The translations under genes were made by a program, and so were the position numbers. A DNA stretch of 64,000 nt. It comes from Candidatus Latescibacterota bacterium. Its GTDB lineage: Bacteria; Latescibacterota; UBA2968; UBA8231. The stretch is taken from assembly GCA_965200315.1 (NCBI GenBank), contig OZ241362.1, forward strand, positions 5,024,001-5,088,000. Reading direction: 5' to 3'. Each line of letters opens with the position of its first letter. Position 1 is the stretch's first letter. Shown piece by piece: positions 9,898 to 18,265 of this stretch. Under the pieces are notes generated by a model, which saw only the letters and a program-made list of their open reading frames with translations, searched no databases and was not told the origin of the DNA.

Positions 9898-11241
9898 CTA
9901 CCCCCCGAATATCTTTCTCACTTCCTCGTGGACATAGTGCCGGGCGAAGACCACGGCTTTGTCTCCAGGGCGGATGAGCGTATCTCCACGGGGGATGACC
10001 ACGCTATCGTCGTGGACGACGGCTCCGATGATCGAGTCCTTGGGCAGGCGGATGGAGATCAGGGGTTTTTGGGTGATCTTGCTGCCGCCGTGGGCGATGT
10101 ACTCGACTGCTTCCACGTCGAGGCCGGGCAGGCTGGCGATGGAGGCGATGCGCTGGTGGCGCACGTAGCGCTGGACGGCGTTGACGGTCAGGAGCTGTTT
10201 GCTCAGCATCGAATCGAGGCCAATGGCCGGGGTGATGGGCATGTAATCGACGTTGTTGACCAAGGCGATGGCGCGCGGCACTTCGAGGTGCTTGGCGACT
10301 AGCGTAGAGATAATGTTGACCTCGTCGTTGCCAGTAACGGCGATGAAGGCATCCATGTCTACCAAGCCCTCGACGGCCAACAGGTCGTAGTCTGTGCCGT
10401 CGCCTTGGATGACCAATACGTTGGCGAGTTGGTCGGCGATTTGCCGAGACCGGTCGGTGCGGCTTTCGATGAGTCTAACGCGCATCTGCGAGGAAAGCTC
10501 TTGGGCGACGAACTGGCCGATGAGGCCGCCGCCGAGAATTGCGATATCCTCGATGCGGTGGTTGGCGAGGCCGGTCAAGCTGATCACCGAGGGAATGAAG
10601 TCGGGATCGCTGATGACGAAGATTCGGTCCCCTCGCAGCAGCGTGGTGTTGCCCCTCGGGATCAAGGTCTGCTGCTTGCGCTGGATGGCGACGATGCGCA
10701 TGGGGATGTCGGCAAGCTGCCGCCCCAATTCGCTCAAAGGAGCGTGGAGCAGGGAGGACTGGTGGTCCAAGCGTATGCCGAGTAAGACGAGCTTGCCTTC
10801 GGCAAATTCGACCAGATCGGTGGCACTGGACTGGCGGATGAGGCGGACGATGGCGTCGGCGGTTTCCTTTTCGGGGTGGATGAACTGATCAACGCCGAGC
10901 TCTTGGGGACTGAAGATAAAGTCAGGTGCCGTGAATTCGAGATTGCGGATGCGGGCGATGGCCGATTGGACGCCTAGCTTCTTGGCCATTCTACAGGTGA
11001 GCAGGTTGACCTCGTCGTTGGTGGTCATGGCGGCGACGAGATCCACCTGCTCGATGCCGAGCCTGCGCAAGTCCTGCAAACTGGTGCCATTGCCCTCGGC
11101 GACGATGATGTCGAGCTGTTCGCTGACGCGCTTGACGCGGCTGGGATCGGTGTCAATCTGGGTAATATCGTGCCCGTCTTGGCTCAGTTGCTTGCTCAAC
11201 TGGAAGCCGATATCTCCGGCACCGATGACCAAAATGTGCAT
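9898..11241 (-). CDS. trkA: Trk potassium uptake NAD-binding subunit
   Basis: Two RCK_N/RCK_C repeats (IGAGDIG, LGGGLIG); adjacent to trkH. Confidence 0.95.
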   Translation of the reverse strand: MHILVIGAGDIGFQLSKQLSQDGHDITQIDTDPSRVKRVSEQLDIIVAEGNGTSLQDLRRLGIEQVDLVAAMTTNDEVNLLTCRMAKKLGVQSAIARIRNLEFTAPDFIFSPQELGVDQFIHPEKETADAIVRLIRQSSATDLVEFAEGKLVLLGIRLDHQSSLLHAPLSELGRQLADIPMRIVAIQRKQQTLIPRGNTTLLRGDRIFVISDPDFIPSVISLTGLANHRIEDIAILGGGLIGQFVAQELSSQMRVRLIESRTDRSRQIADQLANVLVIQGDGTDYDLLAVEGLVDMDAFIAVTGNDEVNIISTLVAKHLEVPRAIALVNNVDYMPITPAIGLDSMLSKQLLTVNAVQRYVRHQRIASIASLPGLDVEAVEYIAHGGSKITQKPLISIRLPKDSIIGAVVHDDSVVIPRGDTLIRPGDKAVVFARHYVHEEVRKIFGG

Positions 11242-11311
11242 GGTTTTTCAGGCAAATTCCGCAGCGAAGTTAGCGCATAGAAGCTAAGGACGATGCGCTG
11301 CCAACGCTAAC

Positions 11312-11626
11312 TTAGTCGATGTGAAATACCTCGCGCAGGTCTTTGGCGCAGGGGCTGTCGTCGGGGTTGGTGGCCATAATGTCCTTCATGTAGGTCCACC
11401 ACCGGCGGCAGTCCGGCGTCTCGGCGATGCTATTCCAGCGCTCTTCGTCCTCGAGTTCCACATAGGCAAAAAGCTGGTGGGTGTCTGCGCTGAGGAAGAT
11501 GGAGTAGTTGTGGACGCCGTGGTCTTTGAGGGTCTGCTCCAACTCGGGCCAGATGGGGTTGTGCCGCTTCTCGTACTCGGCGTGTTGGTCGGGATTGACT
11601 TGCATGACAAAGGCTTTGCGGATCAT
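11312..11626 (-). CDS. rhaM: L-rhamnose mutarotase
   Basis: MIRKAFVM....[13 protein letters not shown]...HNYSIFL...LFAY...WW.YM.D.M..NPD.SP...L.EVF. Confidence 0.93.
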   Translation of the reverse strand: MIRKAFVMQVNPDQHAEYEKRHNPIWPELEQTLKDHGVHNYSIFLSADTHQLFAYVELEDEERWNSIAETPDCRRWWTYMKDIMATNPDDSPCAKDLREVFHID

Positions 11627-11678
11627 GGGGTCTCCTTAGGCTTAAATCTGTGCCAAGTGTCTGGCGTTTCGCTTGCTG

Positions 11679-11710
11679 AGTCAAATTACATGTATATTAC
11701 GAAGTCAAAT
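11679..11710 (-). promoter_or_regulatory. Possible rhaM promoter/operator
   Basis: AT-rich segment with two TTGACT hexamers on the minus strand flanking the palindrome TACATGTA. Confidence 0.3.
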
Positions 11711-13593
11711 CAAAAATTGAAGATCATGTTGCCCTCGACGCCGTAGGCCCCGTCGATGAAGAGCCACAGGCAGGCCGTGGTGAAGTCGCCGAGGATCAGC
11801 CCCAAAAAGAACGGCAGTAGGGCGCGATAGACGCGCACTCCGCCGTAGCGCAGGATGGTCGCCTTGCAGAGCCAAGCCAAAAAGATGGACAGCCAGCCAT
11901 AGTAAACAATGGTAAAGGTGGAGGCGATGGGAAAACCCAAAGGATGTAGCGGCCACCACGCAAAGCGGTGGCGCAAAAAGAGCAGGGCTGCCATGACGAA
12001 GCTCCCGCTGGCGGTGAAGGCGAGGCGCGGGGCAAACGATGGCTCGGGCGCGTTGTACACCGAGGCCATATAGATAAAGGGCCAGCGCGGTGCGCCGCTA
12101 AAGTACCAGCCGTGCAGGTTGATGCCGCCATAGGTATAGGCGAGGGTCATGGTAAACCAGATCGATCCAAACAGCCCCACGGCGATGGCGGCAAACAAGG
12201 CCCAAGGCAGCCAGCGCGGCGCGGGCGCGGCGCCGGAGGTGAGCTTGAGGCTGTGCATGACCGCATTCATCATGTTGGCCGCGGTCTCGCCCATCCACAC
12301 CGTGCTCAGGCCCAAGCCGGTCATGTTACCGAGGCCGAGGGTCTCGGGGCCAATGCCTCGGGTGATGAAAGCCTGCGGGGCCATCGGCGTTTGGCAGCCA
12401 GGGATGCCGGCCTCGCAGACGATGCGCGACAGGCCGATAAAGACGATGAGCGCTCCTACCACCAGCAGCACTGCCGCGTACAGGGAAAGGCCGGTGAGGG
12501 TCAGCCAAGCGACCATGAGTGCCACACCGACTGCTAGGCCGCCAAAGGCCGTGCTCGGGGCCATGAGCTCGCCGGGGGCTGGCTCGCCTTTTAGGGCTTG
12601 GCTCCACAGGCGGCGCAGATGGGCGCGGGCGGTCCACAGCACGAAGAGGGCCAGCACCAAGAGGCCACCGGCCTGCTGATGGGAGACGGGGACCGAGCCG
12701 CCGCCTGAGGTCCAGATATCGCCGCCGCCGATGACGAGGCCGATGCGGGCGAAGACGACTTTTTCGAGGGTATAGAACAAAAAGAAGAACCAGATGCTAA
12801 AGGAGACGCTGAGCGCCATTAGGTAGGCTAGCCCCAAGATCGGCAGGTTGATCCGCCACGGCAGGCCGACGCTGCCTTGCAGCAGGGACAAACTGCCGTT
12901 GAGGGCGATGGGCTGGAAGGCGTCGTGGTAGTAGTTGAGCGAGTTCCAAGAGTGGATCAGGAGCGGCACGGCAAAGCCCAGCCACAGCAGGCGGTTTTTG
13001 AACAAGCTGCCGAAAAGGGATGCGGAGTCCGCGTCTTCGAGCATGGTGAGCGGCAGGCGAGTGAGGGGAAAGACGAGCCGCTCGTTGGCAACCCACTGGC
13101 CTCGGAGCAACACGCCGAGGCAAAAGAGGACCCCGTAGAAGGTGAAGATAAAGCAGATCCAAGCGGCTAGCGGGCGGCTCCAAGCAGCCCACGGTATGGC
13201 GCTGCCTTGGGGCAGCCCTTCGTAGAACAGGCGCACGGCCTCGGTATCAGTGGGAGCCAGCCAAGGGTGGATGTATTCGACGAAAAGCTCCTGCCAAGCA
13301 TTCTCTGGTGTGGCGTAGTACGCGGCCCCGGTGATGACCGAGAGAAAGCTGCCGGTGAAGCCGGTGGTAACCACGACTGCGCCAACCAGCATCATGGCGT
13401 ACACGACGATGAGTTCGGCGCGGGAAAAGGCCCATGCTCGGCCCAGCATCTTGAGCAGGGGCAGGGCCACGGCTGTCAGCAGAAAGAAGAAGAGGACGGC
13501 GATTAGGGGGATGGCATTGCTGGTGATCTGCGATCCCTTGACTATGAGGATACCCCACGGGCTCAGCACGCTGATAGCCCCCACGAGGAGCAA
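11710..13593 (-). CDS. DUF6785/DUF6784-like membrane protein, paralog 2 (true start probably further upstream)
   Basis: Same motifs as paralog 1 (PWAAW, NERLVFPL, WWPLHPLG, LRYGG..YR). The conserved FSLRAVLTG lies in-frame upstream of the TTG. Confidence 0.75.
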   Translation of the reverse strand: MLLVGAISVLSPWGILIVKGSQITSNAIPLIAVLFFFLLTAVALPLLKMLGRAWAFSRAELIVVYAMMLVGAVVVTTGFTGSFLSVITGAAYYATPENAWQELFVEYIHPWLAPTDTEAVRLFYEGLPQGSAIPWAAWSRPLAAWICFIFTFYGVLFCLGVLLRGQWVANERLVFPLTRLPLTMLEDADSASLFGSLFKNRLLWLGFAVPLLIHSWNSLNYYHDAFQPIALNGSLSLLQGSVGLPWRINLPILGLAYLMALSVSFSIWFFFLFYTLEKVVFARIGLVIGGGDIWTSGGGSVPVSHQQAGGLLVLALFVLWTARAHLRRLWSQALKGEPAPGELMAPSTAFGGLAVGVALMVAWLTLTGLSLYAAVLLVVGALIVFIGLSRIVCEAGIPGCQTPMAPQAFITRGIGPETLGLGNMTGLGLSTVWMGETAANMMNAVMHSLKLTSGAAPAPRWLPWALFAAIAVGLFGSIWFTMTLAYTYGGINLHGWYFSGAPRWPFIYMASVYNAPEPSFAPRLAFTASGSFVMAALLFLRHRFAWWPLHPLGFPIASTFTIVYYGWLSIFLAWLCKATILRYGGVRVYRALLPFFLGLILGDFTTACLWLFIDGAYGVEGNMIFNF

Positions 13594-13657
13594 ACCCGTG
13601 AGGACCGCGCGCAGGGAAAAGGTGGGTGGGGGGATGGGGCGGGACGTGGGAAACCGC

Positions 13658-14896
13658 CTAATTGAGACTGCGAAGGAAGTAGAGCAGGCGTTTGAAAAAC
13701 CCTGGCTGGATGCCGGGCTTCTCGGTGCGTTGAGCTACCACGTGATAGGCTTGGAGTTGGCGGTTGTGCATGGCGTGGGACCCGCCCCACAAGTACAGGC
13801 GGAAGGCGCGAAAAACCGCTTCTCCCCAGCGCTCGACGACGGTTTGGCGGTTGGCCTCAAAGCGAGTGGCCCAGTGTCTCAGCGTCAGGGCGTAATCATG
13901 CGTTTCATCTACCGTTTCCTCCACCTTGAAGCCGTGCATGAGAAATTCTTGCAGCAGGTCGGGCAAGCACAGGTACGTGTGGGTGCCGGGATAGATATAG
14001 CGACGCACGAAATTGCTCACCTCGTATTTCTCGAGCGTGGCCGAGGCGTCTAGGTAAATGCGCCCCCCGGGTTTGAGGCACTTCCACACTTGCGCGACAA
14101 AGTCTCGGTAGTGAGGGATGTGCTCGATGACTCCGAAGATGACGATGGCGTCGTACGGCTCAGCAGGCTCGTGCGCGAGGAAATCTTCGAGGCGAACTTG
14201 GCAGGTCGCCAGCCCTTGTTCGGCAATGAAATTTTGGTGCAGCCGATGCGAGTCTTCAGCAATGGTCAAAGCCGTGCAGTGGATGCCGCGCGGGCCGGCG
14301 TAGCGGAGAACTGCTCCCCAGCCCGCGCCGATGTCGAGCAGGCGGTCTCCCGCTTGCAGGCGCAGGGCTTGGGCCATAGTAGCAAATTTGTGCTCAGCGG
14401 CCTGTTCCAGCGTTTCGCCGTCGTCGTGGAAGAGGCAGTGCGAGTACAGATGGTACTGGCGATCGACGAACGCCAAGTAGAAATCGTCGCCGAAGTTGTA
14501 GTGGTGCGCGATGGAATCGCGATTGAGGCGGATGCGGTTGCTCCAGAGGAGTTGCAGATAGGCCCGCAGCAGGAAACCGACACTGACATTTCTCTTGGCG
14601 TACTGACGCAGCTCTAAGAAAGAGAGCACATCGCCCTCGATTTCGACCTGACCCTCGACGTAAGCGCGACCGATGGCGTACTCGTCGAGTCCTTTGCTGA
14701 GCACCTCGTCGGAGTGGAAGGCAATGCTAAAGGCCGGTTCGCCCGCCGGTCCTAAGCGCAAGGTCTCACCTTGTGCAAAGGTAAACTGGCAGGGGATGGG
14801 GACGTCGGCGAGGGCGGCGCGGACTAGGCGGGCAGCCGTGCATTGAGGCTGGAGGGGTGGGGCTTGCTCTTGCTGTAATTGGGGCTGTGCGGTCAT
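13658..14896 (-). CDS. Cyclopropane-fatty-acyl-phospholipid synthase family SAM methyltransferase
   Basis: IAHHYNFG.DFY, YS..LF..D.ETLEQA...K, LLDIGAGWG, IEHI, YIYPG, YALTL.HW. Confidence 0.88.
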   Translation of the reverse strand: MTAQPQLQQEQAPPLQPQCTAARLVRAALADVPIPCQFTFAQGETLRLGPAGEPAFSIAFHSDEVLSKGLDEYAIGRAYVEGQVEIEGDVLSFLELRQYAKRNVSVGFLLRAYLQLLWSNRIRLNRDSIAHHYNFGDDFYLAFVDRQYHLYSHCLFHDDGETLEQAAEHKFATMAQALRLQAGDRLLDIGAGWGAVLRYAGPRGIHCTALTIAEDSHRLHQNFIAEQGLATCQVRLEDFLAHEPAEPYDAIVIFGVIEHIPHYRDFVAQVWKCLKPGGRIYLDASATLEKYEVSNFVRRYIYPGTHTYLCLPDLLQEFLMHGFKVEETVDETHDYALTLRHWATRFEANRQTVVERWGEAVFRAFRLYLWGGSHAMHNRQLQAYHVVAQRTEKPGIQPGFFKRLLYFLRSLN

Positions 14897-15014
14897 GGTG
14901 ATTTTTTTCCTAAATGGCACAATTAGTTGCACAAAGGGAACGCTTATGCTGGTGGGGTACAGACTATTAAACTTGGCTCAATTCGTCAAGAAGATAGGCA
15001 AAAGGAGAGAGGTT

Positions 15015-17006
15015 ATGCAGGTGATTGGATGGGGCAGGATGGTGTGGAGTATAGGCGCGGTTGCGTGGTTGGGCTGTGCGTCGGTTGAAGCGGAGCGTCC
15101 GATCGCGGCTGCAGCGTCGACGACGGGCGACATTCCGCCGAGCGCGTGGCCAGCGGCTTGGTTCCGCCCGCCGACCACGGCTTCGGCCGTGGGATTGCAG
15201 ACCTTCCACCAGTCGCCCGTACTCGATGAATTGGTGGCCGCCGGCGAATTGCCGCCGGTCGCCGAGCGCCTGCCCGACGACCCGGTGGTGGTCGAACCCT
15301 ACGGCGAAATTGGCCGCTACGGGGGCACGGCACGGCTGTTTTTTGCTGGTGAAAGCCTGATCAACGTGCCCGAGGGGGTGCTGCGTCCGGGGCCGCAAAT
15401 GCGGTTGAATCTGCCGAATTTTGCGGCAAAGGCCGAATACCTCAACGGTGCGCGGACCTTGCGGATTACTCTGCGCTCCGGCCACAAGTGGTCCGATGGT
15501 CGTCCCGTGACGGCCGACGACTATGTATTCTGGTTCGACCACGTGCTGATGAACGAGGAGCTCACGCCGGTGGTAGAGCCTCGGTTCAAGGGTGCGCGAA
15601 TCGAAAAGCACGACGAGCATAGCTTCAGTTATCACTTTCCCCAGCCCATGCCGCTGTTTGTCAACCATCTCGCGCACAACAGTTCGCGCTTGGCGATGCC
15701 AGCGCACTTCATGCGCCGCTACCACCCGGTGTTTACCAATCCCGCGCAATTGGAGCGCGAGGCCGAAGAGCTGGGTTTGCAGGACTGGCTCACCTATTTC
15801 GCGGCGGTCAACAGCACGACCGATCTGATTCACTTCAACCGCCCCGTGCTGACGGCGTACCTATTGGTCAGCCGGACTTCGACGCGCGCCCTGTTGCGCC
15901 GCAACCCCTACTATTTCAAGGTCGATCCCGCCGGCAACCAACTGCCCTATATCGACTATTTGGAGGTGCAGCGGGTCGATAGCCCCGAAATTATGGCGGC
16001 CAAAGCCTCGACCGGACAAGTTGACTTTGCCGGGCGGCAGTTTATGACGGCCGACATTCCGCTGTTTAAGCGCTTTGAGCAGCACAACGACTATTCCACG
16101 TACGTCTGGCCGCGGCCGTACGGCTCGGACGTGGTGTTGCAGTTCAATTTGAACCATCCCGACGAAGGGCTGCGGCGGATTTTCGCGGACGTGCGCTTCC
16201 GCCGGGCCATGTCGCTGGCCATCAATCGGGAGGAAATCAACGACATCGTTTACTTCGGTTATGGGGTGCCGCGTCAACTTACGGTAGTGCCTGCTAGTCG
16301 CTACTTCGAGCCAGAATTTGCCACGGCGTGGGCGGAGTTTGACCCGGCGCGGGCGAATGCCCTGTTCGACGAAATGGGGCTTGTCGATCGCGACGGAGAT
16401 GGAAGGCGCGAGCGGTTCGACGGCAAGCCATTGCAAATCACCTTGGAGTACATGATTGGCGAGACTCCCAAGCAGGTCACTTTGGACTTGGTCTCAGCCC
16501 ACTGGCGCGAGGTGGGGGTAAACGTCCATCTCAAACAGATCAGCGGCACGTTGCAGCGGATTCGCGCCAGAGCGGGCTTGATGGACATGACCATCTGGCA
16601 CGCCGATCGCAACGCGGATATCCTCTTCCCCATTGAGCCTTATTGGTACGTGCCGACCAATGGCGGGTGGGAGCAGAGCCAGTGGTCTAAGTGGACGCGC
16701 TGGTACTTCTCAGACGGTGCGCTGGGGTGGGAGCCGCCGGCGCAGATCAAGGAGCTGATTGGCTGGTGGGAGACGCTGCGCCGCACTACGGACGAGGACG
16801 AGCGCATCGCAATGGGCAAGAACATCCTCCGCAGCCAAGCCGAGAACTTGTGGGCACTCGGCGTCATTGGCTTGGGGCCGCATCCAGTCGTGGTCAGCCA
16901 CAAGCTGCGCAATGTGCCACTTCAGGGCTATTGGGGTTGGGATTCGCGCTGGACGTGGCCCTATTATCCCGAGACTTGGTATTTGGATGAAAGGATTGAA
17001 AAGTAG
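15015..17006 (+). CDS. ABC transporter substrate-binding lipoprotein, family 5
   Basis: Lipobox WLGC, GELPPVAERLP..P, LR.G.KWSDG.PVTADD, RNPYYFKVD..GNQLPYID, FRRAMSLAINR. RBS AGGAG/GAGG. Confidence 0.9.
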   Translation: MQVIGWGRMVWSIGAVAWLGCASVEAERPIAAAASTTGDIPPSAWPAAWFRPPTTASAVGLQTFHQSPVLDELVAAGELPPVAERLPDDPVVVEPYGEIGRYGGTARLFFAGESLINVPEGVLRPGPQMRLNLPNFAAKAEYLNGARTLRITLRSGHKWSDGRPVTADDYVFWFDHVLMNEELTPVVEPRFKGARIEKHDEHSFSYHFPQPMPLFVNHLAHNSSRLAMPAHFMRRYHPVFTNPAQLEREAEELGLQDWLTYFAAVNSTTDLIHFNRPVLTAYLLVSRTSTRALLRRNPYYFKVDPAGNQLPYIDYLEVQRVDSPEIMAAKASTGQVDFAGRQFMTADIPLFKRFEQHNDYSTYVWPRPYGSDVVLQFNLNHPDEGLRRIFADVRFRRAMSLAINREEINDIVYFGYGVPRQLTVVPASRYFEPEFATAWAEFDPARANALFDEMGLVDRDGDGRRERFDGKPLQITLEYMIGETPKQVTLDLVSAHWREVGVNVHLKQISGTLQRIRARAGLMDMTIWHADRNADILFPIEPYWYVPTNGGWEQSQWSKWTRWYFSDGALGWEPPAQIKELIGWWETLRRTTDEDERIAMGKNILRSQAENLWALGVIGLGPHPVVVSHKLRNVPLQGYWGWDSRWTWPYYPETWYLDERIEK

Positions 17007-17199
17007 CCGTGAGCACTCAAACGTTTGGATAGTTGTCTTTTGCTGGCCTCTTTTCATATATTGTGCTGATATTTAGCAACGTTAACTATTTAAGAGCTGT
17101 TGAAAGGAGGTAAAGAAAGGCCGTTTTAGGCATCAGAAGCTCATTTTTCGTTTTTCTTGACGAATATTCAAACCACGAACCTATGAGGTGAATCGCATT

Positions 17200-18153
17200 A
17201 TGAAGAAGATTTTGTGCAGCGCGAGTATTTTGGCCGTAGGCATCATGTTGCAGGCTGGCGCAGTATCGGCTCACGTGCCGATCCCCGGCATCGACTCTGG
17301 TACGCTTTTTCAGTGGCCCGCCGGCCAAGAGCCGACCTTGGACGGCGACCTCTCTGAATGGGACATCGTCCCCGAGGATTACTACGTCCCCTTTGATTCG
17401 CACTTCGAGTACTATCTCGGCTTGGGCCACGAAAACGACGAGAGCAATCTGTCGTTTCGGGTGGTGGGTGCTTGGAGCGCGGGGACCAACCGCCTCTATC
17501 TGATGATGGAGCGCTTTGACAATTACTGGGATCGCAATGGCGTCGGCGCGGTCGCCGCTGGCGATGATAGCTGGGAGATCATGATCGACGCCGACCACGG
17601 CGGCGACCGGCACTTTGCCCTTCCCGAAGATTACGACGACGACGACGAGCGCCAGCGCAACCAAGGCCGTTTTGCCCAAAACGCCCACTACTGCTGGCCC
17701 GACATGCCCGACGCCAACCGGGCGGTCGGCTGGAAGTGGTTCTTCAACAGCAAGTCCACTTGGCACGACGTTCCCCCGTGGGGCGATTACGGTTTTCAGC
17801 TAGACGGCGAAGTCAACTCGGGCGAAGTAACAGCGCGCATCGAAGTGATGACGGTCGCTTGGGACGACTTCCACTGGGTCGGCCCCGACGAGAGCCAGAT
17901 TCACACCTTTGCTGAAGGCAATACCATCGGTTTGGGTTGGGTCGTCCACGACATGGACTCGGCCCTAGAGGACAATGGCGGCGCCAGCGACGGCGGCTGG
18001 GGCATCAACCCCAACATCCAGATGTGGTTCGACTGCGTCAACTGCTCGGACTTCCTGCTGGCCCCGATCGATCCGCGCGTGGATTTCAGCAGCATTGGCA
18101 CCGCGGTAGAACAAGAGAGCTGGGGACGCATCAAGGCGGCCTATATCCAGTAG
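17200..18153 (+). CDS. Secreted acidic protein, CBM9/DOMON-like fold, with C-terminal TAVEQESWGRIK motif
   Basis: Signal peptide, P.LDGDLSEW and D..EI..DAD..GG motifs; paralogous to 36573-37667. Confidence 0.6.
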   Translation: MKKILCSASILAVGIMLQAGAVSAHVPIPGIDSGTLFQWPAGQEPTLDGDLSEWDIVPEDYYVPFDSHFEYYLGLGHENDESNLSFRVVGAWSAGTNRLYLMMERFDNYWDRNGVGAVAAGDDSWEIMIDADHGGDRHFALPEDYDDDDERQRNQGRFAQNAHYCWPDMPDANRAVGWKWFFNSKSTWHDVPPWGDYGFQLDGEVNSGEVTARIEVMTVAWDDFHWVGPDESQIHTFAEGNTIGLGWVVHDMDSALEDNGGASDGGWGINPNIQMWFDCVNCSDFLLAPIDPRVDFSSIGTAVEQESWGRIKAAYIQ

Positions 18154-18191
18154 TTCGCTTCTCGTTCCTAACTCGTTAGTAACTACTAGTC

Positions 18192-18234
18192 TCTGAAGGG
18201 GAGGTGTCTCGTGCATCTCCCCTTCAGATTTCTG
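18192..18234 (+). terminator. Strong stem-loop / intrinsic terminator
   Basis: 12-bp perfect arms tctgaaggggag and ctccccttcaga followed by tttct. Confidence 0.6.
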
Positions 18235-18265
18235 CGTTAAGTCCTTCCCCGCGGGAGAAGTAAGC

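Noticed and set aside
6408-12761. 59-bp repeat pair as a diversity-generating retroelement TR/VR
   Set aside because: The copies are identical with no adenine-specific differences, and no RT gene is present in the window.
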